Positions 1 through 9,134 of a stretch of DNA of 64,000 nt are shown here, one piece after another. Location of the stretch: assembly GCA_963977015.1 (NCBI GenBank), contig CAXBMO010000021.1:32001-96000 (forward strand), given 5' to 3'. Each line of letters opens with the position of its first letter. Position 1 is the stretch's first letter. The translations under genes and the position numbers were made by a program. This stretch comes from an uncultured bacterium. GTDB lineage: Bacteria; Verrucomicrobiota; Verrucomicrobiia; Verrucomicrobiales; DEV007. A model generated the notes under the pieces. It saw only the letters and a program-made list of their open reading frames with translations. It made no database searches and was not told where the DNA came from.

Positions 1-246
1 ATACGTGCTGATCTCATCGCGAAGCGATTTGAGCCCCAGATTCGACGTATAACTGGTGTTTCCCCTCTCCAGCGAATAGATCGCCGCTTCCCGGATATGC
101 CACGGCGCCGAGAAATCGGGTTCGCCAACACCGAGGCTGATCACATCATCACGACCTTGTACCAACTCGAAAAAGTCGCGAATGCCGGAACGGGGGACTT
201 TTTGGAGTTGCCGGGAGATTTTGCTCTGTAGGTGACTCTCACTCAC
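1..246 (-). CDS. PLP-dependent aminotransferase class I/II, N-terminal part (runs off the window)
   Basis: Hand translation from GTG 246: SESHLQSKISRQLQKVPRSGIRDFFELVQGRDDVISLGVGEPDFSAPWHIREAAIYSLERGNTSYTSNLGLKSLR. ISLGxGEPDF and Y...G...LR are class I/II aminotransferase motifs. Not in the ORF track. Confidence 0.88.
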   Translation of the reverse strand, partial: MSESHLQSKISRQLQKVPRSGIRDFFELVQGRDDVISLGVGEPDFSAPWHIREAAIYSLERGNTSYTSNLGLKSLRDEISTY

Positions 247-442
247 AATCGGGAGGATAATACACGGGAATCGCCGGTTGCTTTCACCAATGTCAAAAAA
301 ATTACGGCCCCGGGATGGATGTCGACATTGGATTTGAAATACCCTCAAAAAGACTGATAGTAATACTTAATGCAATTTCCATAATTTAGGAAGAATTGTA
401 TACTTTCTATTTACCTGCCACCCTGTTCCTCTGCCCTCCTTC

Positions 443-3400
443 GTGAATCTCCATAAGCTGCTTACGATCAATCTCTTCGTCAGCCTGGCTTTCGGTTTCT
501 CAGGGCTGGCGGCCGGGGTTTCAGAAAGCCATTCCCGAATCTTCTTTTCGAACCTGAGTTCCGTGGATGGGTTGGCCAACGGAGAGATCCAGCAGATTCT
601 GCAAGATCGCCGGGGTCAAGTGTGGTTCGTGCACGAGAATGGCCTGGCCAGATTCGATGGATTCGAACTGCGGGCAATCAATGGCCCGAACTCGATGCAT
701 GCAGGCGGATGGTGTCATCCCATTTCGGCGCTGGAAGAAGATCACAACGGGTATTTCTGGATGGGAACCCAGGGCGGAGGGTTGATTCGATTTCATCCGG
801 ATTCGGAATCGTTGCTGGAATATCGCCATGATCCCGAGAACCTGGACTCTCTCAGCCAAGACATCGTCACGGCGGTCCATCGCGATTCCCAGGGGATCAT
901 CTGGATCGGAACCGAGGAAGGTTTGAACTGGCTCGATCCGCAAACGGGACAGATTCAACGCGTTTTTGAGCATCGACTCAATCAACGGTCGATCACGCAA
1001 ATTGCCGAATCCAACGGTGAACTCTGGGTCGCGACCCGGGGAAGCGGGCTCTTTCTCCAGGCGTCCAACAAGGATTGGCTTCGGGTTTGGAGCGAACCGA
1101 CGGAGATCACCGCGCTGGAGGTGGAGAGTGACGTGATCTGGATGGGAACCCTGGGGAGCGGCGTGTTTCGATTTGATCGCAAGTCCCACACGAGTGAGCA
1201 ATTCTCCAAAGATTCCGGCCTTCTGGGACATGATGTGTTGTCACTGCAACGGGACCCGAACAACGGGCTTTGGGTCGGGACCACCAAAGGACTTTGCCGT
1301 CTGAACCTTGAGACGCTGCAATGGAACCAGTATCTCCATCATCCCTACGATCGAAACAGCCTGGCCCGGGGCGAGGTGCAGGCCATTTTGCGCGATAGCC
1401 GCAATGTCCTGTGGGTCGGAACCAACAGGGGCATGGTCAGTCGCCATCTCCTCCAGCAACGCTGGTTTCCACACCTGAGCAACGATCCGGAGAACCCCAA
1501 TTCCCTCAATGAGAATGCCGTGTTTGGCATGGCCGAAAGCCACGACGGAAGAATCTGGATCGGAACTGAAAATGGTCTCAATCGTTATTCCCCGGAATCC
1601 GGCGACTTTGAGCATTTTCATCAGGAAACGGAGGCCCCACTGGACTTCTACATTTATTCCATCCTGGAAGATCGAAAAGGCAGGGTATGGCTCGGAACCC
1701 GAAATCAAGGATTGCTCCGGCTCGACAGCCCTAACGAGCCCCTCCGAAGATTTGGAGACAAATCCGACTACGTCAGCAAACCCGGGCAAACGGTCGCCTC
1801 CCTTTTGGAAGATCGACAAGGACGAATCTGGATCGCGCTTTCCGGGATCGGGCTGGTTTCCTACCAAGACTCCACCGGGTCCTTTCAAATGGTTGGATCT
1901 GAGTTTGCCGGGCCGCGCTTTATCAATCAACTTCATGAGGACTGGCTGGGACGAATCTGGATTGCGGCGAGCGATGGCGGCTTGTGGCGGTTTCAGCCTG
2001 CGGAAAGCACCTTTGTTCACTACCTGGATTTGCCGGGGGTGGAAGACGAGTTGCCTTCAAACACCGCGTTTGCCCTCGCCAGCAGCGAAGCATCCCGGGA
2101 ATTGTGGATCGGAACCCGAAACGGAGGATTTTCCAGTTTCAAACCGGAGAGCGGCGAATTCGTCCATCACCAACGCAAGAGTCCGGGAAATCCGGCCACC
2201 TGGAAGGTTCAAGGTTTGGTGGTGGGGGCCGACAACTCGCTTTGGATTTCCAGTGATTCGGGGCTTTCCCGGTTCGATCCAGCGTCAGGAACCTTTCGCC
2301 ATTTTTCGGTTCGAGACGGACTTCAGGCGCCCAAATTTCACCCCAATGCGCTCCTCCGAACCCGGAACGGAAGCATCCTGGCGGGAGGCACCAATGGCTT
2401 CAACATCATCGATCCACGTTACCTGCCAGAAAAGCACAAACCGGCGTGGCCATTGCTGACGGACCTGCAGCTCAATGGGGAAACCGTCACGCCATCAGCC
2501 GATGGAATTCTGAAAAAGCCCCTGCCAACCCTGATGGGCGGGCCATTGCGGCTGCCCTTCGACAGCAATCTTCGCTTTGCCTTTCGATTCGGGACTCTGG
2601 ACTATGCCCAATTAGACCACTGCCAGTTCCGCTACCGAATGGCCGGTTTCGAGGATGAGTGGCGACTCGCCGGCGAAGACCGCACGGTCGCCTATCCTGC
2701 CATTCTTCCGGGAAAATATGAGTTTCAGGTCGAGATGACCCCCGACGGGGAACACTGGACCGGGCTCAACCATAACCTTCAAGTGATCGTGGTCCGCCCC
2801 TGGTATCAGCGAGCCTGGGCGATTGCGATTTGGATCCTGCTGGGTCTGGGAATCATTGTTGGCGGGGTTCTCACGTTTCACCGCATTCAACTCGCTCGCG
2901 CCAAAAGCCGGAATGAGCATTTGGAGAACGAGCGCAATCGCGCCAAAGCAGCCCTCGCCCGCCAAGTCCAGTATTCCATGCTGCTGGAGCGAACGAACAC
3001 GGAGTTTCGTCGCAATCTGGACAGCACCCAGGTTTTTGACGCCGCGCTTCGACGCCTGGGTGAACACTTCCAGACGAACCGTTGTATCCTGGCTTCACTT
3101 TCAGAGAACGCGGATGACGGCTTGGAAATTCTTGCCGAATTCATCGAGCCTGATTACACCAGCCAACGCGACATCCAGCTCCCCAAGAGTAATGATCCGT
3201 TAATCTGCGCCATTCTTGATTCTGAACATCCGGTTGCGATCGACAATATATCCTCCAAGACCCCGCAGTTGGATCTCGATGCCCATTCCATTTTGGCCGT
3301 CCGAACCGCGCACCAGAAGAAGCCAAACGGGATCATTCTGCTTCAGCAGTGCAATGGAACGCGCTGCTGGAACGACGAAGAAATCGAATTGCTGGAGTCC

Positions 3401-4699
3401 ATCGCCGACCAGCTGGGGATTGCGGTGGCGCAGTTTTTGCTCTCGCAGAAAGAAGCCCGCCAAGCTCAGGAATTGGAGAATTCCCGCATTGAAGCCGAGG
3501 CCGCGAATCAGGCAAAAAGCGACTTCCTGGCGAAAATGACGCACGAGCTTCGAACGCCACTCAACGCCATCATCGGTTTTTCCGAAGTGATGAGCCGCGA
3601 TGAAAACCTGAACGAGAGACAGAGCGAGCACCTTGCGATCATCAACAGCAGCGGAGAGCATCTCCTCGGGGTCATCAACGATGTCCTTGAAGTCTCCAAG
3701 ATCGAGGCCGGCAAGGCGGAACTGGTGTTGGAGCGGGTTGATCTGGAAAGCCTGCTCAAATCGGTGTTCGGCATGCTGTCCGTTCAATCCGCCAAGAAGG
3801 AGATTGAATTGAATTTTGCGGCGACCTCAACGCTGCCGAAGTGGGTGGAAGCCGACAAAGGCAAGATTCGCCAAATCCTGATCAACCTCCTCAACAACGC
3901 GATCAAGTTCACCAAACAAGGGGGAGTTTCGCTCCGCGTCGGCGCCAACTACCAACAGCCATTTGGAGACGACGCTACGCGTTATCCGTTGGTTCTCGAG
4001 GTTGAGGTGGAGGATACCGGCATGGGAATCCAGGCGGAAGAACTTCCCAAGCTCTTTCAGAAATTCGTCCAGACGACGAGTGGAAAGTCTTCAAGCCAGG
4101 GCACCGGCCTTGGTCTAACCATCGTCAAAGGATTTACCGAGTTGATGGGAGGGCATGTCTCCGTTTCCAGCCAATTTGGCCAGGGGACGACCTTCTCGGT
4201 CGCGATTCCGATGGTTCAACTGGTCGAGGCTCATTCCTCCAATCCCGAATCAGTCGCCCAAAACCTTCAGGTGGAAGGCCTGGTCACGGGTCACCCATCT
4301 GTCCGGGTTCTGATTGCCGATGATCAGCCGGTCAATCTGCTGCTGTTGCGCAAACTTCTCGAGACTGCCGACTTCGACATTGAGGAAGCGACCGATGGAC
4401 AGGAAGCCGTCGAAAAATGGCGCAGCTATCAACCGCACATCATCTTCATGGATGAGGAAATGCCTCATCTGCGGGGCACGGAAGCCACCCGCATCATTGC
4501 GGCCGAGTCTGGTGGACAAATGCCACCGATCATCTCGTTAACGGCATTTGCCCTGGAGGATCAGCGCATCGCGGCGGCCGAAGCGGGGTGTGCCGATTTC
4601 CTGACCAAACCTTTCAAACGCGACGAGCTCTTCGACATCATCGCGAGGCACTTGCCGGTTCAATACCGGTATCGGGAACCCGCCGCCAAGGCCGCGTAA
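443..4699 (+). CDS. Hybrid sensor histidine kinase (beta-propeller + Y_Y_Y, TM, GAF, HisKA, HATPase, REC)
   Basis: Signal peptide; repeated D..G.IWIGT..GL propeller motifs; TM helix; H-box FLAKMTHELRTPLNAI; N-box NLLNNAIKF; G boxes DTGMGI and GTGLGL; C-terminal receiver (IADD...FMD...KP). Confidence 0.93.
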   Translation: MNLHKLLTINLFVSLAFGFSGLAAGVSESHSRIFFSNLSSVDGLANGEIQQILQDRRGQVWFVHENGLARFDGFELRAINGPNSMHAGGWCHPISALEEDHNGYFWMGTQGGGLIRFHPDSESLLEYRHDPENLDSLSQDIVTAVHRDSQGIIWIGTEEGLNWLDPQTGQIQRVFEHRLNQRSITQIAESNGELWVATRGSGLFLQASNKDWLRVWSEPTEITALEVESDVIWMGTLGSGVFRFDRKSHTSEQFSKDSGLLGHDVLSLQRDPNNGLWVGTTKGLCRLNLETLQWNQYLHHPYDRNSLARGEVQAILRDSRNVLWVGTNRGMVSRHLLQQRWFPHLSNDPENPNSLNENAVFGMAESHDGRIWIGTENGLNRYSPESGDFEHFHQETEAPLDFYIYSILEDRKGRVWLGTRNQGLLRLDSPNEPLRRFGDKSDYVSKPGQTVASLLEDRQGRIWIALSGIGLVSYQDSTGSFQMVGSEFAGPRFINQLHEDWLGRIWIAASDGGLWRFQPAESTFVHYLDLPGVEDELPSNTAFALASSEASRELWIGTRNGGFSSFKPESGEFVHHQRKSPGNPATWKVQGLVVGADNSLWISSDSGLSRFDPASGTFRHFSVRDGLQAPKFHPNALLRTRNGSILAGGTNGFNIIDPRYLPEKHKPAWPLLTDLQLNGETVTPSADGILKKPLPTLMGGPLRLPFDSNLRFAFRFGTLDYAQLDHCQFRYRMAGFEDEWRLAGEDRTVAYPAILPGKYEFQVEMTPDGEHWTGLNHNLQVIVVRPWYQRAWAIAIWILLGLGIIVGGVLTFHRIQLARAKSRNEHLENERNRAKAALARQVQYSMLLERTNTEFRRNLDSTQVFDAALRRLGEHFQTNRCILASLSENADDGLEILAEFIEPDYTSQRDIQLPKSNDPLICAILDSEHPVAIDNISSKTPQLDLDAHSILAVRTAHQKKPNGIILLQQCNGTRCWNDEEIELLESIADQLGIAVAQFLLSQKEARQAQELENSRIEAEAANQAKSDFLAKMTHELRTPLNAIIGFSEVMSRDENLNERQSEHLAIINSSGEHLLGVINDVLEVSKIEAGKAELVLERVDLESLLKSVFGMLSVQSAKKEIELNFAATSTLPKWVEADKGKIRQILINLLNNAIKFTKQGGVSLRVGANYQQPFGDDATRYPLVLEVEVEDTGMGIQAEELPKLFQKFVQTTSGKSSSQGTGLGLTIVKGFTELMGGHVSVSSQFGQGTTFSVAIPMVQLVEAHSSNPESVAQNLQVEGLVTGHPSVRVLIADDQPVNLLLLRKLLETADFDIEEATDGQEAVEKWRSYQPHIIFMDEEMPHLRGTEATRIIAAESGGQMPPIISLTAFALEDQRIAAAEAGCADFLTKPFKRDELFDIIARHLPVQYRYREPAAKAA

Positions 4700-4702
4700 A
4701 TT

Positions 4703-6049
4703 TTACCAGGACCGGTTTCGGGCCCAATCTCCGGTAATGGCCAGCGTCATCCCCGGGCTCTGAATGTTGACGAAGAGCGTGTCGTGATTCGGCGAGAAAC
4801 ATGCACCGGCAAATTCCGAGTTGCTGATCGAGTTCGCCGCCAACGTGTAAAACCGGCCTTCCGGAGTTACGCCGCGCAACATATTCGACTCCTTCTTGGC
4901 ATCCTCGCAGACAATGAGATCTCCCCAACGAGCGATCGTCATGTTGTCACCATTTTGGAGCAACGCGTGATCATTGGGTTCCAGATAGAGCTCCACTTCA
5001 GACGTCTTGGGAAAATAACGCCAGATCTGACCGCCCTGGTTTTCCCCACCGGTTGTGCAGACCCAGTAAATCGCGTCATGCCCATACCACATGCCTTCAC
5101 CACGAGCAAAAATGGAACCGCCTTTTCCCTGGCCCTGAACGCGAAGATCATTCTTGGGCGAATCGATTTCCTCCATCTCCTTCCACTGCGCCTTGAACCG
5201 TCTCCCAACCGGAACCCCCATCGTGGTATCCTGACCCGCAAAATCGTTGATCATGAGCGTTTCGAACTTCCCTTGTTCCAAATTGCCGGGCAAATCGGGA
5301 ACAAACCGGTAAATCAATCCATCCGGAAGATCCTCCGTCAGGTAAACAATCTGCGTCTCCGGATCGACCGCAATCGCCTCATGGCGGAATCGTCCCAAGG
5401 CTGATCGGAGGACCGGTTTCTGCAACTGCGGCGTCAAGGTCGGCCAAACTTCAAAGCAATAGCCATGATTTTGGCCGCGGGACGTCACCATTTCCTTGGG
5501 ATCAGGCTCTTCGCAGGAGATCCAGGTTCCCCACGGCGTCGGTCCCCCCGCACAGTTGCGATCCGTGCCAAACAAGCTCTGAAACTGGCCATCGAGCCGC
5601 TGGCGATGGCAATCGTAAACAAGGGTCGAAGTTCCGCCAAAATAGGGTGATTCACCTTCCGCCCCGACATCGTAACACAGATCCGGATCGAATCCCTCTG
5701 GGAGCCGGGTCAGGTCGTCAAACAGGCCTCCCTCCTTCGTCATGCTCAACGCAAGTTCGTGATTGCGAATGATCACGGTTTGTCCGGTCGGCGCATCAAA
5801 TGCCGCCATTCCGTCCGGCTTTCCAGAAACCTTCCACCCGTCATCCATCAAATCCCCGGTCCGAGACAGCACCTGATAGCTGAATCCGTGGGGAAGATCG
5901 AGAATTCCATCGGGATCGGGAATCAGCGGCCCATAAATAGCGTCACTCTGAACCTGGTTCTCCACGGCAGATCCGCTCAAGCGCTGCAGCCCGGAAAACC
6001 CAACCGTCACGGCGGCTGCGGTTCTCAAAAATTGGCGTCGGGTTTTCAT
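4703..6049 (-). CDS. PhoX-family (DUF839) alkaline phosphatase-like protein, Tat-exported
   Basis: TRRQFL Tat motif after ATG 6049; NCAGGPTPWGTWISCEE, ALGRFRHEA, YLTED, CED and EFAGACFSP...LFVNIQ.PG motifs. Confidence 0.85.
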   Translation of the reverse strand: MKTRRQFLRTAAAVTVGFSGLQRLSGSAVENQVQSDAIYGPLIPDPDGILDLPHGFSYQVLSRTGDLMDDGWKVSGKPDGMAAFDAPTGQTVIIRNHELALSMTKEGGLFDDLTRLPEGFDPDLCYDVGAEGESPYFGGTSTLVYDCHRQRLDGQFQSLFGTDRNCAGGPTPWGTWISCEEPDPKEMVTSRGQNHGYCFEVWPTLTPQLQKPVLRSALGRFRHEAIAVDPETQIVYLTEDLPDGLIYRFVPDLPGNLEQGKFETLMINDFAGQDTTMGVPVGRRFKAQWKEMEEIDSPKNDLRVQGQGKGGSIFARGEGMWYGHDAIYWVCTTGGENQGGQIWRYFPKTSEVELYLEPNDHALLQNGDNMTIARWGDLIVCEDAKKESNMLRGVTPEGRFYTLAANSISNSEFAGACFSPNHDTLFVNIQSPGMTLAITGDWARNRSW

Positions 6050-6110
6050 CCCGGCAATCTGGCCCGGCATTCCAGATTTCAAATGGGATTTTCGAACTAT
6101 GAAGAACTTG

Positions 6111-7043
6111 TCACACCACCACTTCCAACGCACCGGGAAGCACTTCCGCAGTTTGCGGCGTTTCCGTCAGCACATCTCCATCCACCTGCACCGGAAGAAT
6201 CGGATCCGTCTCGATCTTCACTTTCTTTACCTGCCAACGCCCAACGAGGTGTGACGCATCCACCACCGCCGCCTCTTCTCCCTTGGGTTCATCTCCCATC
6301 ATCATTCGAACCAACGAGAAGATTCCTTCCACATCCGCCTGGCGAATCAGGATCAAATCCAGCTTTCCGTCATCAATCTCGATTCCCGGCGACAAGGTCA
6401 AACTCCCAACTCCAAACGCTCCGGTATTCGCAATGACGCAGGCAACCGCTTCCGCGTAAACTTCCCGTTCATCATCAATCGTAATCCGATATTTGGCAAC
6501 GCTCACTTCCTGCAGGGCCTTGGCCGCAGCAAACGCATAAGCCCACCTGCCAAACTGTTTCTTGAGTTCGCGACTCGCATCCTGCAGCACATCGGTTTCA
6601 AACCCACATCCAGCCCGGAGCAAAAACGGATATTTGCCCAGGTGCCCCACATCCAGTCGCCTCGTATTAAACTCATCGCCGGTAATTCTCTGGAGCGATT
6701 TGGTCAATTCCTTGGGCAAGTCCAATTCCTTGGCCACGAGATTCCCCGTCCCCCCCTGTAGAATCAAAAGCGGCACATCCGACTTCAAAAGTCCTTCAGA
6801 AACGTCCATCACCGTGCCGTCGCCACCGAAACAGGCAACAACATCCGCGCCACGCTCCACCGCTTTCCGCGCCGCATTTGCGCCATCTCCAAATTCATGA
6901 GTCACGGAGACTTCAAAGCGAATTCCAGCCGGCCGGAGGATCTCGTTCAACGTATGAATCAGCGGAACCCGCTTGCCCGTCGCCGGATTTACAATTACGT
7001 GAATGGATGCGGGCTTTGCCCTCTTCTGCATTTCCTGTAGCAT
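6111..7043 (-). CDS. Diacylglycerol kinase-family (YegS/DgkB-like) lipid kinase
   Basis: IVNPATG, GGDGT, GGTGN and QVDGD motifs. Confidence 0.9.
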   Translation of the reverse strand: MLQEMQKRAKPASIHVIVNPATGKRVPLIHTLNEILRPAGIRFEVSVTHEFGDGANAARKAVERGADVVACFGGDGTVMDVSEGLLKSDVPLLILQGGTGNLVAKELDLPKELTKSLQRITGDEFNTRRLDVGHLGKYPFLLRAGCGFETDVLQDASRELKKQFGRWAYAFAAAKALQEVSVAKYRITIDDEREVYAEAVACVIANTGAFGVGSLTLSPGIEIDDGKLDLILIRQADVEGIFSLVRMMMGDEPKGEEAAVVDASHLVGRWQVKKVKIETDPILPVQVDGDVLTETPQTAEVLPGALEVVV

Positions 7044-7115
7044 TTTCGTTACATGTTTCCCGTTTCAAGGGAGTAGCATCTTAGTATCATGCCGCCGTTT
7101 CTCAAAGCCGCAGCA

Positions 7116-7811
7116 ATGCCAAAAATCTTGATAGTTGATGATGAGCCCGATGTTCGGGAACTGGTGGAATTTAATCTGACGAAAGAAGGATGGAATGTTA
7201 TTGAAGCCGAAAATGGCCTGGAGGGGATGAAAAAGGCAAAAAAGGAAGCTCCCGATCTCATCATTCTCGATCTAAACATGCCGGAAATGGATGGCATGAC
7301 GATGTTTAAGTATCTGCGAGAGAGCAAGAAAACTCAAGATATCCCGGTTTTGATGCTGACGGCCAAGAAGGAACTGGATGATAAGTTGGAGGGATTGGCA
7401 GTGGGCGCAGATGACTACGTTTCCAAGCCGTTCAGCACCAAGGAGCTCGTCTTGAGGGTTCGAAATCTCGCAAAACGATCCCAAAAACCCAAAAACCCGG
7501 GAGAACTGACGACGGGCTCCTTTCGGCTCGACCGCAACAACCTCAAATTTTACCTGTCAGATGAGCCGATCGACCTCACGGCAACGGAGTTCAAATTGTT
7601 GCTCATCTTGATCGAGAATCTTGGAGAAGATCAGGATCGTGGAGACTTGTTGAGCCGCATCTGGGGTTACGACGAACGCATCCAAACCCGGACGCTCGAT
7701 ACCCACGTGAAGCGATTGCGCGAGAAATTGGGCCAATATGGAGATTGTATCGAAACCGTGCGAGGCATCGGCTATCGCTTCAAGCAGCCGGTGGAAGAAG
7801 ATGAGGCGTAA
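7116..7811 (+). CDS. phoB: OmpR/PhoB-family response regulator (PhoB/PhoP-like)
   Basis: KILIVDD, LIILDLNMPEMDG, GADDYVSKPF and a winged helix ending IETVRGIGY; adjacent to a PhoR-like kinase. Confidence 0.8.
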   Translation: MPKILIVDDEPDVRELVEFNLTKEGWNVIEAENGLEGMKKAKKEAPDLIILDLNMPEMDGMTMFKYLRESKKTQDIPVLMLTAKKELDDKLEGLAVGADDYVSKPFSTKELVLRVRNLAKRSQKPKNPGELTTGSFRLDRNNLKFYLSDEPIDLTATEFKLLLILIENLGEDQDRGDLLSRIWGYDERIQTRTLDTHVKRLREKLGQYGDCIETVRGIGYRFKQPVEEDEA

Positions 7812-7817
7812 ATTGTC

Positions 7818-9134
7818 GTGATCGCTGCCTTTGTCGCGTGGGTCGCCTCGCTGGGACTCATCGCCCTGCTCCTTTATCACCTGCGATTGCGTAGCTCTCT
7901 CGCAAAACTGGAGGAGAGGTTTCGCGATCCGGACAGCCATTTGGCGCCCCCCGAAACCGAAGTGCGTTTTCTGACGCCTTCCTCGGTCAAACACCTGGCG
8001 AATCAAATCAATCGCCAAATGGATGAACGGGTCGAGCGAATCGCCCTGGAAAATCGGCAAAAACGCCTCACGGAATCCATTCTGGACCAATTTGAAGATG
8101 GCTTTCTCATCGTCCGGGAAGATCTGAGAATTGGGTTCGCCAATACCGCAGCCCGGCAGTCTTTTGCCCACAAATCAGAGATCATCAACATCCCGGTCAT
8201 TGAAGCGTTTCTCGATCATCGAATCGTCAAAGTGATTCAGGACGCGCTCAACAGTCCAAAGAAACGGAAGGCAACGATTCGAATGGAAGAGCGAATCGAA
8301 AAGGACGGTCAGCAAATGAACCGCTTTCTGATGGTGGAAGCGGGCCCCCTGCCCTTCCCGATGCAAGGCGTCGCCGGCGTCTGGGTAATCCTTCGGGATG
8401 AATCGGAACGCCACTACCTGGAGCAAACCCGGCGGGATTTCGTCGCCAATGCCTCCCATGAACTCCGCACCCCCCTTTCCATCATTACCGGTTATCTGGA
8501 GAACCTGATTGATGGCGATGTCACCGATCCGGAAATGATGACCCGCTTCCTCACCGTGATGAACAAACACGCGATTCGACTGGGCCGCATCGTTGAGGAC
8601 ATGCTCACCATCTCCAAATTGGAGAACAACTCCGAGCTCATTCGCACCGAGCCGTTTGACCTGCTGGAAAGTGCTGCGGACATGGTCGAACACCTCCAAC
8701 TCTTGATCACCGAAAAAGACGCCAATGTCGTGATCGACATGCCGGAAGATCGCTCAATCATTGGCGACCGGTTTTACTGGGACCAGATCTTTTTCAACCT
8801 GATCGAAAACTCCCTGAAGCAGAATGATCATTCCGGGTTGGAGATTGAAATTCGGCTGCGCCCCGACGCGGCGAATGAACATTTCATTCTCGAGATCAGC
8901 GACAACGGCGTCGGGATTCCCAGCTCGGACCTGCCTCACGTTTTCAAGCGATTCTACCGGGTCGAAAAAACGCATACCGCCAAAGAGATCAAAGGCACGG
9001 GATTGGGTCTTTCCATCGTCAATCGCGCGATCGAGGCCCACGGTGGAACCATGACCGTTCACAGCCAACCCGGCATCCGAACGACCTTTCAAATCACGAT
9101 TCCCAAGCCCAAAGCAACCGACTCAGGAACTTGA
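7818..9134 (+). CDS. phoR: PhoR-like sensor histidine kinase (TM, PAS, HisKA, HATPase)
   Basis: RRDFVANASHELRTPL H-box, DNGVGIP, FKRFYRV and GTGLGLSIV. Confidence 0.8.
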   Translation: MIAAFVAWVASLGLIALLLYHLRLRSSLAKLEERFRDPDSHLAPPETEVRFLTPSSVKHLANQINRQMDERVERIALENRQKRLTESILDQFEDGFLIVREDLRIGFANTAARQSFAHKSEIINIPVIEAFLDHRIVKVIQDALNSPKKRKATIRMEERIEKDGQQMNRFLMVEAGPLPFPMQGVAGVWVILRDESERHYLEQTRRDFVANASHELRTPLSIITGYLENLIDGDVTDPEMMTRFLTVMNKHAIRLGRIVEDMLTISKLENNSELIRTEPFDLLESAADMVEHLQLLITEKDANVVIDMPEDRSIIGDRFYWDQIFFNLIENSLKQNDHSGLEIEIRLRPDAANEHFILEISDNGVGIPSSDLPHVFKRFYRVEKTHTAKEIKGTGLGLSIVNRAIEAHGGTMTVHSQPGIRTTFQITIPKPKATDSGT

